A DNA stretch of 64,000 nucleotides from Oikopleura dioica (Eukaryota; Animalia; Chordata). Shown here one piece after another: positions 14,201-26,200 of the stretch (position 1 is the stretch's first letter; each line of letters begins with the position of its first letter). Made by a program: the position numbers and the translations under genes. The stretch lies in assembly GCA_907165135.1 (NCBI GenBank), contig OU015566.1, positions 11,036,001-11,100,000 on the forward strand, read 5' to 3'. Below the pieces are notes generated by a model that worked only from the letters and a program-made list of their open reading frames with translations, was not told the DNA's origin and did not search any database.

Positions 14201-17200
14201 TATTCACGAGAAAAAACCGAATTTTGCAGGTAAAATTGTGGCATTTTAAAAGAATAAAGACCCGAAGTGACAATCACAATATACTAAATGATTGAGTTTC
14301 ATTTTATCAAGAAGTAGGTAGATACGATCAATACGACAGATAAAAATACATATGTTTCATTTCAAAATCCAATTTCAAGTAATCTTCGGCTTTGAAAGCT
14401 TAACCTAAATGTCGTTTCATTTTCAATTTGTGATGAGGAATGAGAAGCTGTGACAGTTAAATTGAGGACAGTATCCAAAAGAGGGCGTTGAGAGCACGAA
14501 GGTTTCCCACTGAGAGTTTACTTCATCTTGGTTACGTAAACACTGCAGGTGAGGAGCTTAGTTAGATTGTATCCGCTCTTTCTGAAACTACTCTGATTTT
14601 CATGCTGGATTTCCACCAGTTTGGGAATATCGGACCAGTTTGGAATGTTTTCCAGGAACTCTTTTTTAGTAGACTTGTTCTTTATCAAATGTGGCTCAAT
14701 CGGGAGTCCAGTCGAAATTTGAGGCCAGTGAAATCTGTATCGAGAGTCAGGATCCTCAGTCAAAATATTCTCCATGAGAAATCCAAAATCAATTTTGATC
14801 CGAAAGACGGGTGACATCACATCGAAGATATCTTCAATGAGATTGTTCAAATCAAAATCTTTGTTTATAAGCAATCTCAAATGAGCCGTTTCGACGACTC
14901 GTCCTGGTTTAGGAGGAGGGATAATAAGCCTGTTGTGTAGCTGACCTACTCTCTCTGACTGCCTAAAGTAATCAAGCTCCTCTTCTTCAAGTGGTAGATA
15001 ACTTCCGCCGTATTCTTTACGAAGTGCTTCTAAATCTGCTCTTTCTGATGGATAAAAAGGCATTTTATAAGGAAGAAGCGAAAAAAGTTGATTTATATTC
15101 ACCCAAATTTATTCACATGGAACAGATTAAAGGATTTCGCCGTTAAGGGTCAGTGGTTTACATGTGACGCCGTCCGCCATGACTCGCAGCTTTACAAAAA
15201 TATTCGAGAGAACTTTCTTTTCGATGGAAATTCGTTTTACAATATTGTCGGTAGTCGAGCGTAACATGCGAACTTTGCATGTGTTACTACTGGTCACAGT
15301 TTCATTTAGACAATCAAGAAATTCTTGAAGTTTCAGCTCGTGATTGTGCGGAACTCCTTTCGTTGATCGCTTCGTCTGTTTATTTTCTTCATCGTAGCCA
15401 AAGTACATCTTGTTTCCAAGACAGACAAGTGCGCCATTATTCGTTTGCCATTCCGCTTTAAAAACTTGGTATCAATTCGAAACATCAGCAAACCTTTGAG
15501 AAGTCCAGGAGTTTTGTGATTAAGAGTTGTATCTTCCAGGACAATCCATTTATGCCAAACTTGTAGAAATTCGTCCATGAGTTCCTCCCGGACACAAGGT
15601 AGCAAAGCGGCTTCCATCTGTGACCTTGTTGTTTGTCCATCCGTTCCGCTTCGAGTGAACGCTAAAATATTTTTATGAGTGGCAGAAAGTATAAACTTAC
15701 ATATTGCTAAACTGTCTGTATCGCAATAGTTCAGCTTGTAGGATCCAGGTCTCAGGTATTTGTGAAGAAATTTGTAAACAAAGGAGAGAAAGTGAAGTTT
15801 TGAGTTTTGAAGAATAGCCACACCAAGAACAGTTGGTTTGTCATCTTTGATGCGTAGCTTGTCGAATATGACTTCGGAAATTTCATACTCACCGTTTTCT
15901 TGAGAGAGTGTCTCATGAGATTTAAATGTTGGCTTTATAATTGACTTTTTCAGTTGCTTATCGTTGTTAAATTTGGTATTCGGACGGTCGACCTGCTCGA
16001 TGGCTTTACCGAAACCGCCGCAATTGCCAATCGTTTTAAATGCAAGAGCAAGAGCACTGTTCTTGTCATCAAGAGCATTTACACGACCGTGAGTAATATT
16101 ATCAGCATAATCACTTAGACTCTTAGTTGCTCGAAATTGGGTGAAAGATTGAATATTAGTTATTTCTAAGCCAAGGTCAAGATAAAATTTCACTAATGTT
16201 GTCAGGAGAAACATACTCTTACCATTATATGTTTGTACGACCGTTTCTTGATCGCATTTGCTTCCGGTTTTTTCAAATTGAGCTTTCATATAAGGACTTA
16301 AATGCTCGTTTGTGATTTTCATTCGCTGGATCACTGGCGGAAAATTTATGTACGAGATTTGATCAAAGACCTCTTTCGGACAAGAAACATCCGCTACAAT
16401 AAATCCATATATCTCGTCATTTCGAATGCCGTCAAGAATGCTCTTTTCGGACTCTTTAAGTTTAAATATATGACCCCAATATTTTGAAACACGGTCGACA
16501 TAATATCTATTTCGGCGATGGATCCATTCACATTCGCGCATAATATGAACAGTCCCTTTTCGAGACAACATACGCTTTTTCTTCTCAAACTCATGGTCAG
16601 CCTGACCTGGGTTGCAATCAACGCAATATTGGTGAAAATAACAACCTAAGAACTCAAAATAGTGATGTTTTCCATCAACACAAGCGTAGCCATCAATTTT
16701 ATAATTGAGAACTTGATGCTCTCCCCTGAAATATTGATGTTCGAGTCGGACTCGCTCGCCATTAGCTTGAACCAACAAGGGACTAAATTCGTCGATGTAC
16801 GTCAGCCACTGAAGCGCAGCAAGAGAGTTATCCGTCGTCATGATCGATTTGCGGAAGACTGAATTGTCGATTTTCTGCCATCTTATACCTGATTATAATG
16901 TGAGGTCAGAAATCAAAGAAGACTTACCTGGAGTGGATGGTAGCAACATTTTTTGAGCGAAGAGGTACAAGGCATTGAAGTCGAAAAAGACTATCTTTGT
17001 GAACGGATCCCCATTTGGAGCAAACTTTGCATTTCTCGGAGCGTCTACGTCGGGTCGAAGCTCGGTGTAGCGAGAGTAGACGTTCACCAGACCACCAATT
17101 ATATTATCACGTAAGAGTTTGTGTTCTTTGTGATAATTTCGGTGGAATGAAACTATATAAATGTCATGAAAATCAACAAGAATAACTTACATGTAAGCGG

Positions 17201-20200
17201 GGAACTCTTCGAGTAACCTTCGAAAACACACGCCATCGCAAATTTAGGCAAGCTCATACAGAAAGAAGGGTCAATTTTGAAAGTCTCGAAGAATAATTTG
17301 AACTGATTGTCAATTGCTTTCGCAAAAGGTGTGACATCTGCCAAATTGTAGTGTTTGAGCCAATGACCCATAGAGTAATTTGGATCGCGTCTTTGATTTC
17401 TATAAAACTCCGCTCTGAAAATTTCATAGTCTTCTTCTGAGATTTCCTTATTCTTGAGACTAGAAAAAAATTCTTCTCTTGGAGGGAAATTTTTATCGTT
17501 CATGATATCAAAGACGCTACGATATTTTTCATAAGGCCAAATCGCTTTTCTTTCCTCGACTCCTCCTTGCTTGAGATATCCAGCCAAATCAGTTGGAGTG
17601 CTGAATAGTTTGGCATCCTTGAATTGATATGTTGGCGTTGACATTGAAAAATAATGAGTGCCTTTTTTTATACTAGTGAATTTTGATCCATACTTTTTCA
17701 TAAGAATGGGTATAAGGTAGGGACTTAAAACTTTCAAATCAAATTTAGCACTATTGAAACCGAAAATGTCCATTTTCGCGTAGTTTGTTAGCTCTCGTCG
17801 AAGATATCGAACTTTCATCTTTCGCTCAGCATTGACTAGAAACTGGTCAGCAATATTCATGTTTCAAAATTACCTGAGTTGATATCGATGTTTTCGAGAC
17901 TCTGGATTGCATCTTTTAGCTCTGAAGGAAGATACGTTTCTTCAGAGACAGCAAGGTCTTCAATTTCGTCGACAAATTTTTGAACAAGTTGTTTGGCTGC
18001 ATCATTTTCATCACTTCGCCTTATCAAGAATCGCTGGTATCCAAAATTACTCCCGATTGCGATGGAAAGAAGTCGAAGCTCAGAATGAACAGTTGTTGAC
18101 TTGGTGGTTTCCTCAATCGGTCTCTCCATTGTTTCGATGTCAAACGTAACTAGATTTTCGAATTTTCAAAAAATTTCAAAATAAAGCTTACCGAATCTTG
18201 TCTTTCTGAATTTTCTCATCTCAGAAGACAGGAAACCAGCTTGAATTGCCTCCTCGATCGGGTTTATTGAGACTCCGTAAGCCCGCTGGGTTGGAGTAAT
18301 TTTTTTGACATTAACCTTACATTTCAAATCATGTTTTTTATACAACGTCTCAAAATATGTTTCAAATCCACATTTCGGGTTCAAACATTTGTAAACTGTT
18401 GCTAAATTATTCATGTTGAAAATATATCTCAGATTTAGCGCGTTTTCGGACATAAGCTCGTCTTTATCGACAATAAAATTGAGAGTTCGGGTGGAGTCTT
18501 CGGTTCGAAATGTTTGCAAGAGCTCCAATTTGACTAGTGAACGCTGGTCAGGTAGATGAGATGTGCCTAAACAGAAAAAATTCGTCTCCGCATTCATTTT
18601 TTTCGCATATTTTGACAATTCTTTCGAAAAGACTCGATCCGGTCCATCAAATAAACTCAATCCCTGAACCTTAAACGAAAAATCATTTATGTTCTCGAGT
18701 CGGCCTTTTTTGTCCAATTTACTGAGAAAAATGTCGAGAGAATAAAGGTAAAAATATGAATCACCTTCTTCAACAAATTTATGGGACTTTTTAACGACCA
18801 CATCATCAACTAAAACAAGTTTTATCGATTTTTTACTTTTAGACTTTACTTTAACGATTTCAAGTTTATAAAAGTCCAAAATATGTTCCGTGGCAAGAGA
18901 AGAGTGCGCTAATGATAAATTGTAAATATGCGAAATGAACTGTCGATTAGCTAATTTTCCGTCCTTGAAAAGTTTGCTGTAATCCTCTGCGAATCGCTGA
19001 AGCTCTCCAAGAGTTATCCATGGATTTAACCCAGGAAAAAAGAGATTATACCTTTTCATACTTGAGACTTGACGTCCACTCTCTTTATAACAACGTTGAC
19101 TTGCGCCACCAGCTCAACCAAACTCTAAAAAGACAATTTTGCGCCACCAGCTCAACCAAACTCGATTTCGCGATACTTGCTTATTTCCTGCAAATAAACA
19201 AAACAAAATTATGTCTCTAGAAATCTATTGAATTTCAACTGAGTAGAATGAAACAAGCATGAAAACAGGGTAACCAGTTTGGATAGAAACGGCCAGTTCG
19301 TAGCCCTGTCGTCGCAGGCGGGACCGGCGGCGTGGAGTTCGATCAACAAGGAGAACAGCGGAGTCGACGACAGCAAGAGTGAAATTTTCTTGTTGTGCGA
19401 TGCGGGTGCAAAGCCGTCCGTCCAGGTCGTTAAACTCGTCGCTACCAATAACGACGTCCATCGTATAGGGATGTAGAGCTCCAAGTCTAAATCGGACAAG
19501 CTGGAGAACGCCATCATCGTTCTTGACGCAGAAATAACCTTTGTAGCTGGTCAGCCAAGGCTGTGTCTCAGCAGCGGTGTAGATCAATTCCAGAAAAAAG
19601 CGTAGCTGAGGAATGGGGTGTGTTCGAGCCGTTTCCATCCGAAAGTCAAGGTCAGGCTGATCGTTACCGGGTTGCTCAACTTCCAGATCGCTATCAGAAT
19701 CCATCTTCTTAATCTTTCTCGATTTTCGGACTAAGTCTTTGAGCTTTTCGAAAAAAAGTTTTGCTGTCTTCTTTTCCTTCAGCTCAGCCTTTTTATTTTC
19801 AACTCAATTTCTAGCGCCTCGAATTCTGAAAAGCGCGCCGCGAGTCTGAGCGCCATCGGGGAAATGAGATAAATCCGGGATCAGGGTGAATTGTGAGTAT
19901 AATTGATAATGTCAACTATTGACTATCAATTAAAACCCCTCCCAGAGACTGAAATTGTTCTTTTTTGTCTCGGCTGCGACAGAAAAAATACAGACAACTA
20001 CCAAGTCGATTATCTGGAGCCCGATGATGACATAGAAGACAAAGCTTTTAGCGTTTGGCTTGTATGCGAATTCTGCGCGAAGGAAATAACAATCGCCTTT
20101 ACTCCTGAGGAATGGAACCTTTTCGCCAGTCAGGCTGACAAACAAGAAGACCAATACTTTTCGAGAGTTTCAGCAGTCGCATTTTGCAAAACCTATTTGC

Positions 20201-23200
20201 TTTCGGATTGCTACGGTGACTTGTTTATCAAAGCTCAACAACGAAAAATGGCTCGACGAGAAATTAACAAAGATGAAGAAAAGAATTGTATCTTTTGCCA
20301 TGAAGATGATGTCAAAATGGTATGTCTTCCGATTTTCAGCATTCTTCTAATTATTTTAAGATTTCTAGTCCCTGCAAGCATTTTTATTGTGAAAAATGCT
20401 ATGCGAAACATCGCGAAATATCTCCACGAAAAGACGACTGTGCTTTCTGCAGAATTCCATTTCAATACACCCGATTCTCCGACATTGTCGCTGAAAAAAG
20501 GAGAAACGACTAAAAGATCTTTTCGCTTTCACTTTTCTGTCCATGTGCACCTAGGCAATCTGTTTTCAATAAAAGAAAGTGCATGAAATTGAAGGTGCGT
20601 GTAATTTGCAGGTGACATATGACCTTAGTGAGGCGCTAGAACTCAAGCTCTGATATAAGCGAAGGTTTGAAACAAGAATCATCAAAAATAGAAATAAGTC
20701 TTTTTCGAAATGGAAATCAACAATCAAAACGAGTTGGCCCCTTCTTATGATGACGTTCTGAATGAAGAATATGAGGCCCAGCAGCGAGAAAATGAATTTG
20801 CATTATTTCAAATCCCCGGCTTAAAACGAAAAATGAAGAAATTTGCAAGAAAAAGCGTCACAGTTCCATGGCTCTACGACTACAGAGGATATATTATTGT
20901 CGGACGGTCTGAGAATGGTACTGTCCAGTTGTTGCAGTTTTTGGAAGGACTGCAAAATTCGCGCATGATGACAGCGACGATCGGGTCAGATGCCGACATC
21001 GACATTTCTGGGACGCCAGTTTTTGCAATGGGATCGCTGCCAGATGCTCGACAAATGAATATCGTCAGTGTTGACGACTTCATTGCAATCACCGACGATA
21101 GGCTTTTCCAAACAATGGAGCTTGAGAATCAAGGAACTCAGCTTGCGATTAAAATGGACGACGACGGAGAACTTCATTACCACATGGTACGAATCTACTC
21201 AATTACTCTGTAACTCTTTCACTACTGTTTATTCTCGATTGTTGAGAATTTTTCCTGCTCTTTCATTTTCTTTCTTTGTTTTGACTCATGCAAACAATCT
21301 TTATTGAAATAAAAGTCCTTTTTTCACTGCAATAACTGTTTATTTTTCTTTTGAGGCAAAGTGGATGGGCAGTCAATATTTTTTAAGGCTGTGATTGATG
21401 GACAGGGTAGTCGGTTGTTTTCGTTGGCGAACTGCTCGAGCTAGAATGTTTGTTAGTTCAATTTCCTTTTCTTGTGTTTTTCTACCTTGCTGCTCAACGG
21501 ATGGCTGGGCGCGAGTGTTTGTTGACGCGGGTGTGGACGTTCGAACTGAAGCGTTCCACGGAGGTCGGCAGGCGATTTGTGATGCTTTCGGTTGGGACAA
21601 GCGAGCGGAAGATTTTTTTTGTGCGGAAGCGGAAGGAAGTGCGCGTGCGGTAGTTTGAATGCGAGGAGTAGTCATATTTCGTGATGTGGAAGATGTTCCA
21701 GCGAGAGAGATTGGCGTAGAGTTGCATGCTGCGGAAGTTTGCGAGGTAGTTCCAGTCGAAGACGCAGCAGAAGCATTTGCTCGTGGACCGGTCGTGGAGA
21801 GGTCAATTGGTAAGTCGAAGGAGTTGTCCCACTCAAGTTCAGGCACGCCAGTCTGAGTTTGCGCTAAAAATAAGAATTATTATGAGCTGGTTCGAAAAAA
21901 TATCTCAAACCTTGTGGTTGCTGGGAGATCGTTTGCTGAGAAGAAGGACGCAGAGCTTCTTGTCGATGAGCTTCTTGTTGGGTAGCGCTGGAATGCTGTG
22001 CTTCTGGTTGATGAGTAGCAGGTCTTGTTGAGGTTTTCACGACGACGATGGCTGAATAATAATGTCAATAACACGATAGCAAATTATATTTATTTTGTAT
22101 GAAATCAAATACCTTGAATAATAAGACGAAAGACGAAATAAAGCCAGATGAGGATGATTACAATTATCGCAACTTCTTTAGAAAAGAACTTGATTAAACA
22201 GTCTTTACTTGGCTCAAAAAATTGTCTAATAAAGATTCTAATAGATTTTTGAACCCTTATCCTGAGTACGAGACACAAAAAATCATGTCTCTATCGCCGT
22301 CGTTTCCCTGAGGACTTGTTGTCGTTTCCAGACCTGTTGGCATCGTTGGTTTAGGCGACATCGTTGTTGGTGGTCTTCGACCCATCATTCTTTTGTCTCT
22401 CTCTTAAAATTAAAAGAAAATAAACTTTTAGAGAGTGTCCTTTTTAGCAGATATGAAGAACTTGGAAGAAAGGCACACGATCGAAGCGCTGGCAGATAGT
22501 CAGATGAGTAGAAACGCTGGTAACTTGGAGGATTGAAAGGATGGCACACGGTAGAAGCGCTGGCGGACGGAAGAGATGAGTGGAAGCGCTGGCAACTAGG
22601 AAGAAGGCACACAGGAGGCTGAAGATGATATCAGACTGATTGTTTATGATTTTGGAAGCTTACATGAGTTATTGAGGTCTAGATGTCTTCTGGAAGATGA
22701 GTAGGTCGTGAGATGAGCAGGTCTGTGTTAAGTTTTAGTAAAATGGTTTGATTGATTTGGATGACTTACTTCGCTTTGGAGTGGCTGGCTTCTTTTTGGT
22801 GATCAAAGCAATGAGAATTACCATCAGAAGAAAGCAAGCTCCGACAGCGGACAAGCTTGCGATCTGGAGAATGGAGTCCACGTCGACTTTTTCTTCCATC
22901 GACTCTTGAGAAAATAAGTAAAGTATATTCTCTTGTGATCTCTAAGTTACCTCGACAGGCACAGAGGGCGCCAACTTCTTCTTCAGAAACGTAATCGAAT
23001 CTGTATTGAGCGTAAAAGTCGCAGTTTTCCATGATTCGAGGTTCAGTCTTAGAATTGAAAGAAAATTAGAAGTTTCTCTATTCCGTCAATTATCGTTCTA
23101 ATCAACAATTAAATTTCTTTCTTGTCCTAAACTTCTTCTATCCGGGATTGGTCTTCCTTCTTCTTTGCTCGCCAGAGACGATTCAATCGCATCCAGTCCG

Positions 23201-26200
23201 GTCCAGGAGTCCAATTCTCATCTTTCTTCTTCTTTGTCGATTCGTCGTTCTTTGAACCCTCATTTTTGACATCAGGCTTCTTCTCTTTTGTCTGTATCTC
23301 TTCTTCGCTTCTGTTATCTTTGTAAAATTATTAGTTTGAGTCAAATTGTCTAAGATTACCTTTGGGATCTTTCCTTTCTCGAGAAAAAGTCGATCTGCGG
23401 CAGTCTGTGATTGATCTCCTTACTCGCATTTCGTATTTCTTGTAAATCATGAAGAAAAACCAAAGCGTAGAAGTAACTGCCGCTAGAAATTATATTTAAA
23501 TATTTGGAATTGATAATTAAATGTTCTTCATTACCTGTAAAAACGGCTTGTTTCAACCAATTGGTTGCTTCAATTGGGTCCGCTTGATTGCTCACAGTTG
23601 TTAACTCGGTGACCAGCTCACAAGGGGAGAGAGAGGATGTGCTCGTCTTTGTGATCGGAATTTTTGTCGAAGCAATTTCTCCTCCGGAGAGCTTTACGCG
23701 AAATCGAGTCATCTGAATTTCAAAAATAATATATCTCGATAAGCTAGAAATAATTAAAAAAAACACTTGAAGATTCAAAAAATTGGAGTTGAAAGCAGAA
23801 TAAGAGATTTTAATCAGAAAGAAACTTTTGATTATAGATAGCCGTAAACGACTAGGTTTCTTATAAGTAATATAATTGAAAATTCAAGCTGATTTCTCTT
23901 AGTTTTCTCTTATCTTCAATATTTTTCTCTGTTTTCGAATTCTATTAAAAGTCTTGTGCATGAACTTGCAGCGAGCGAAGTGTGTGCTTGAAATGAGCGT
24001 GCCCCTGAGCAGGCGCCTCACTGATTCGCCCGTTCAACCCCCGCCCGCGAGAACCTAGCCTGAGAGAGGCGCGCTCACCGCAGGTCTAGCCACGCTGGCG
24101 CCAAAAAAAAAGCGCAATCAAAGCAGAATGAGAGAATTCAAATCCGAGCGCCCCTTGACCTCGTGGGAGCGCGCGACCATCAAAGTCGCTATCGACGCAA
24201 ATCTCGACTCAGTTTCCGACCTTATCAAAGGTATTTTACTCCTTGGAATTTCATAAGCTCATCATTTTTTAGCAAAGAAAGAATACGAAAAGGATGTGAA
24301 CTTAGCCACGCGAATGATGTTGAAGATGAAAATTACCGACGAAGCAATGGAAGTTGAAACTCGATCCTTTCTTTTGGAATTCATCAAAGGTAGTTTTACT
24401 TCCGGCTTTAATGAATTAATGACTTTTCTAGCAGAAGAATTCAAGAAGGACGTCGAAAAAGCAACGAAAATGATGAAGCAGATGACGATAAGCGAAGGAA
24501 CAATGGAATGGACGAGTCTTCCTGAGAAAATGGAGATCGATAGCGAGGACGAAACTATGGAATACGATCAGATGGACGCGATGGAAGAGTAATTTATTCA
24601 CAGATAACTCCACCTTTTGATTGATAAAGCCTTATTGAAAACTTTCTTTTATTGATAGAAACTCTTTGATAGATAAATTCTCATTGATAATGTATTTCTA
24701 CCGTCTCAAAACTAGCCATGACTGATAACCTGCCTTTTATCCCACTTCAAGTGCCAAATTTTGTTCAAGCTTCAAATTTTTGCGCTCTATTTCGCAACAG
24801 TTCCAAATCTAACCTGCCGATAATAACTGACAAAATAAAACTCGTAAAATATCAATCCATTGTGTTTTATTAAACATCTGCAGGAGATAGAGCAAATCAA
24901 ACCCAAGAATCTTGAGGAGACAAAGCAGGATCAGAATCAGTAACAACGATCGAGGCTCTCTTCGCAGTCGATTTCTTCTTTGCTTTCATCTTCCAAATCT
25001 TAATTACCATCCAGCAGTAACCAGCAAGCGCGAGTACAACTAGGGTTGTAGCAGCTTTGTTCTGTCTGATAATTTCTTCCTTGATTTTGCAAATCAAGTC
25101 GAGAAAAGTAAATTCATCTGAGACTGGTGCGCTGCGATTCATTTTTTAAGAATGATATTTTCGAGCTATCAAGCTTATTTTTATGCCCTAGATCAATGCT
25201 TCAAACCAGTGCTAGGAAAAACAACGGAAGTTCACCAAAGCATGTTTATTGAAAGAAATAATCACCGGAAGTTAACAGTAAGTAAACAGTAAGTAAACAG
25301 GAAAGTTTGCTAAGAGGAAGAAATTTAAAGTTCGGTAAAGGTTTTTTCTGGCGTCACGTTGGCGGGAGGATCTTCTTCGTCTTCCATCATCTCGGCGGTT
25401 TCATCGATGAATTCAGCAGTTTCTCGCGTGATCAGTCCCATTGAGAGTGCTGTATCCAGGGTCTCCCCTAAAAGGTACGGCGATAAACAGGCATCGATTA
25501 TGGTATCAGGAGTACCTCCTCTTGACGGATTCTCCAGCTCCGATTGCAGCTGTCGGATTTCTTCTGCTCTCGCTTGCGCGTCGTTTTCATCGACGATCTG
25601 CTGGAATTGTTCGGCGTCCAAGGAGCCAAAGGTTTCATCAGCGTACGCAATGTCGATTGCTAAATTATTGTTAGACAAGGATTTAAAAATTCAAACTACC
25701 TGGGACAACTTGATCATCCTCGTCAGAGGAAGAATCTCCGGTCAAATCAACTTGATTAAAGTTAACATAAGCTTCAATAAAAAAGATTTACTTGTTGTGA
25801 TTGCTGAAGCCATCATTTGTTGAATGGTAATTGGTCGGAATTCGGGAACCGTAGGTGATCGAATAACAGATGACCGTCCAGCCGGAGAAGGAAACTCAAA
25901 TGGTGAAGGACGAGGAGAGTCAAATGGAGGAGGCGTCGGCGGTGGCGTGTACATCGAAGCTCGGCTTGTGGAAGGTTGGCACATGTCCCAGGTCGTTTGG
26001 GTCCAGAGTTGATTTTTTTGCGATTTTGGTCGAGCCGCCCATTCTTCCTCGCTATCCGGTCCAGTCTCAGCTCCGCTATCATCGTTGTTTTCATCAGCGT
26101 CGTTTTCCTCAGCTGCGACACCCACTCCAGCTATACCGTTATCTTCAGCAGCGATAACCTCTCTCGCAGCGTCAGCCTCGTCGTTGATCTCAGCGTCATT

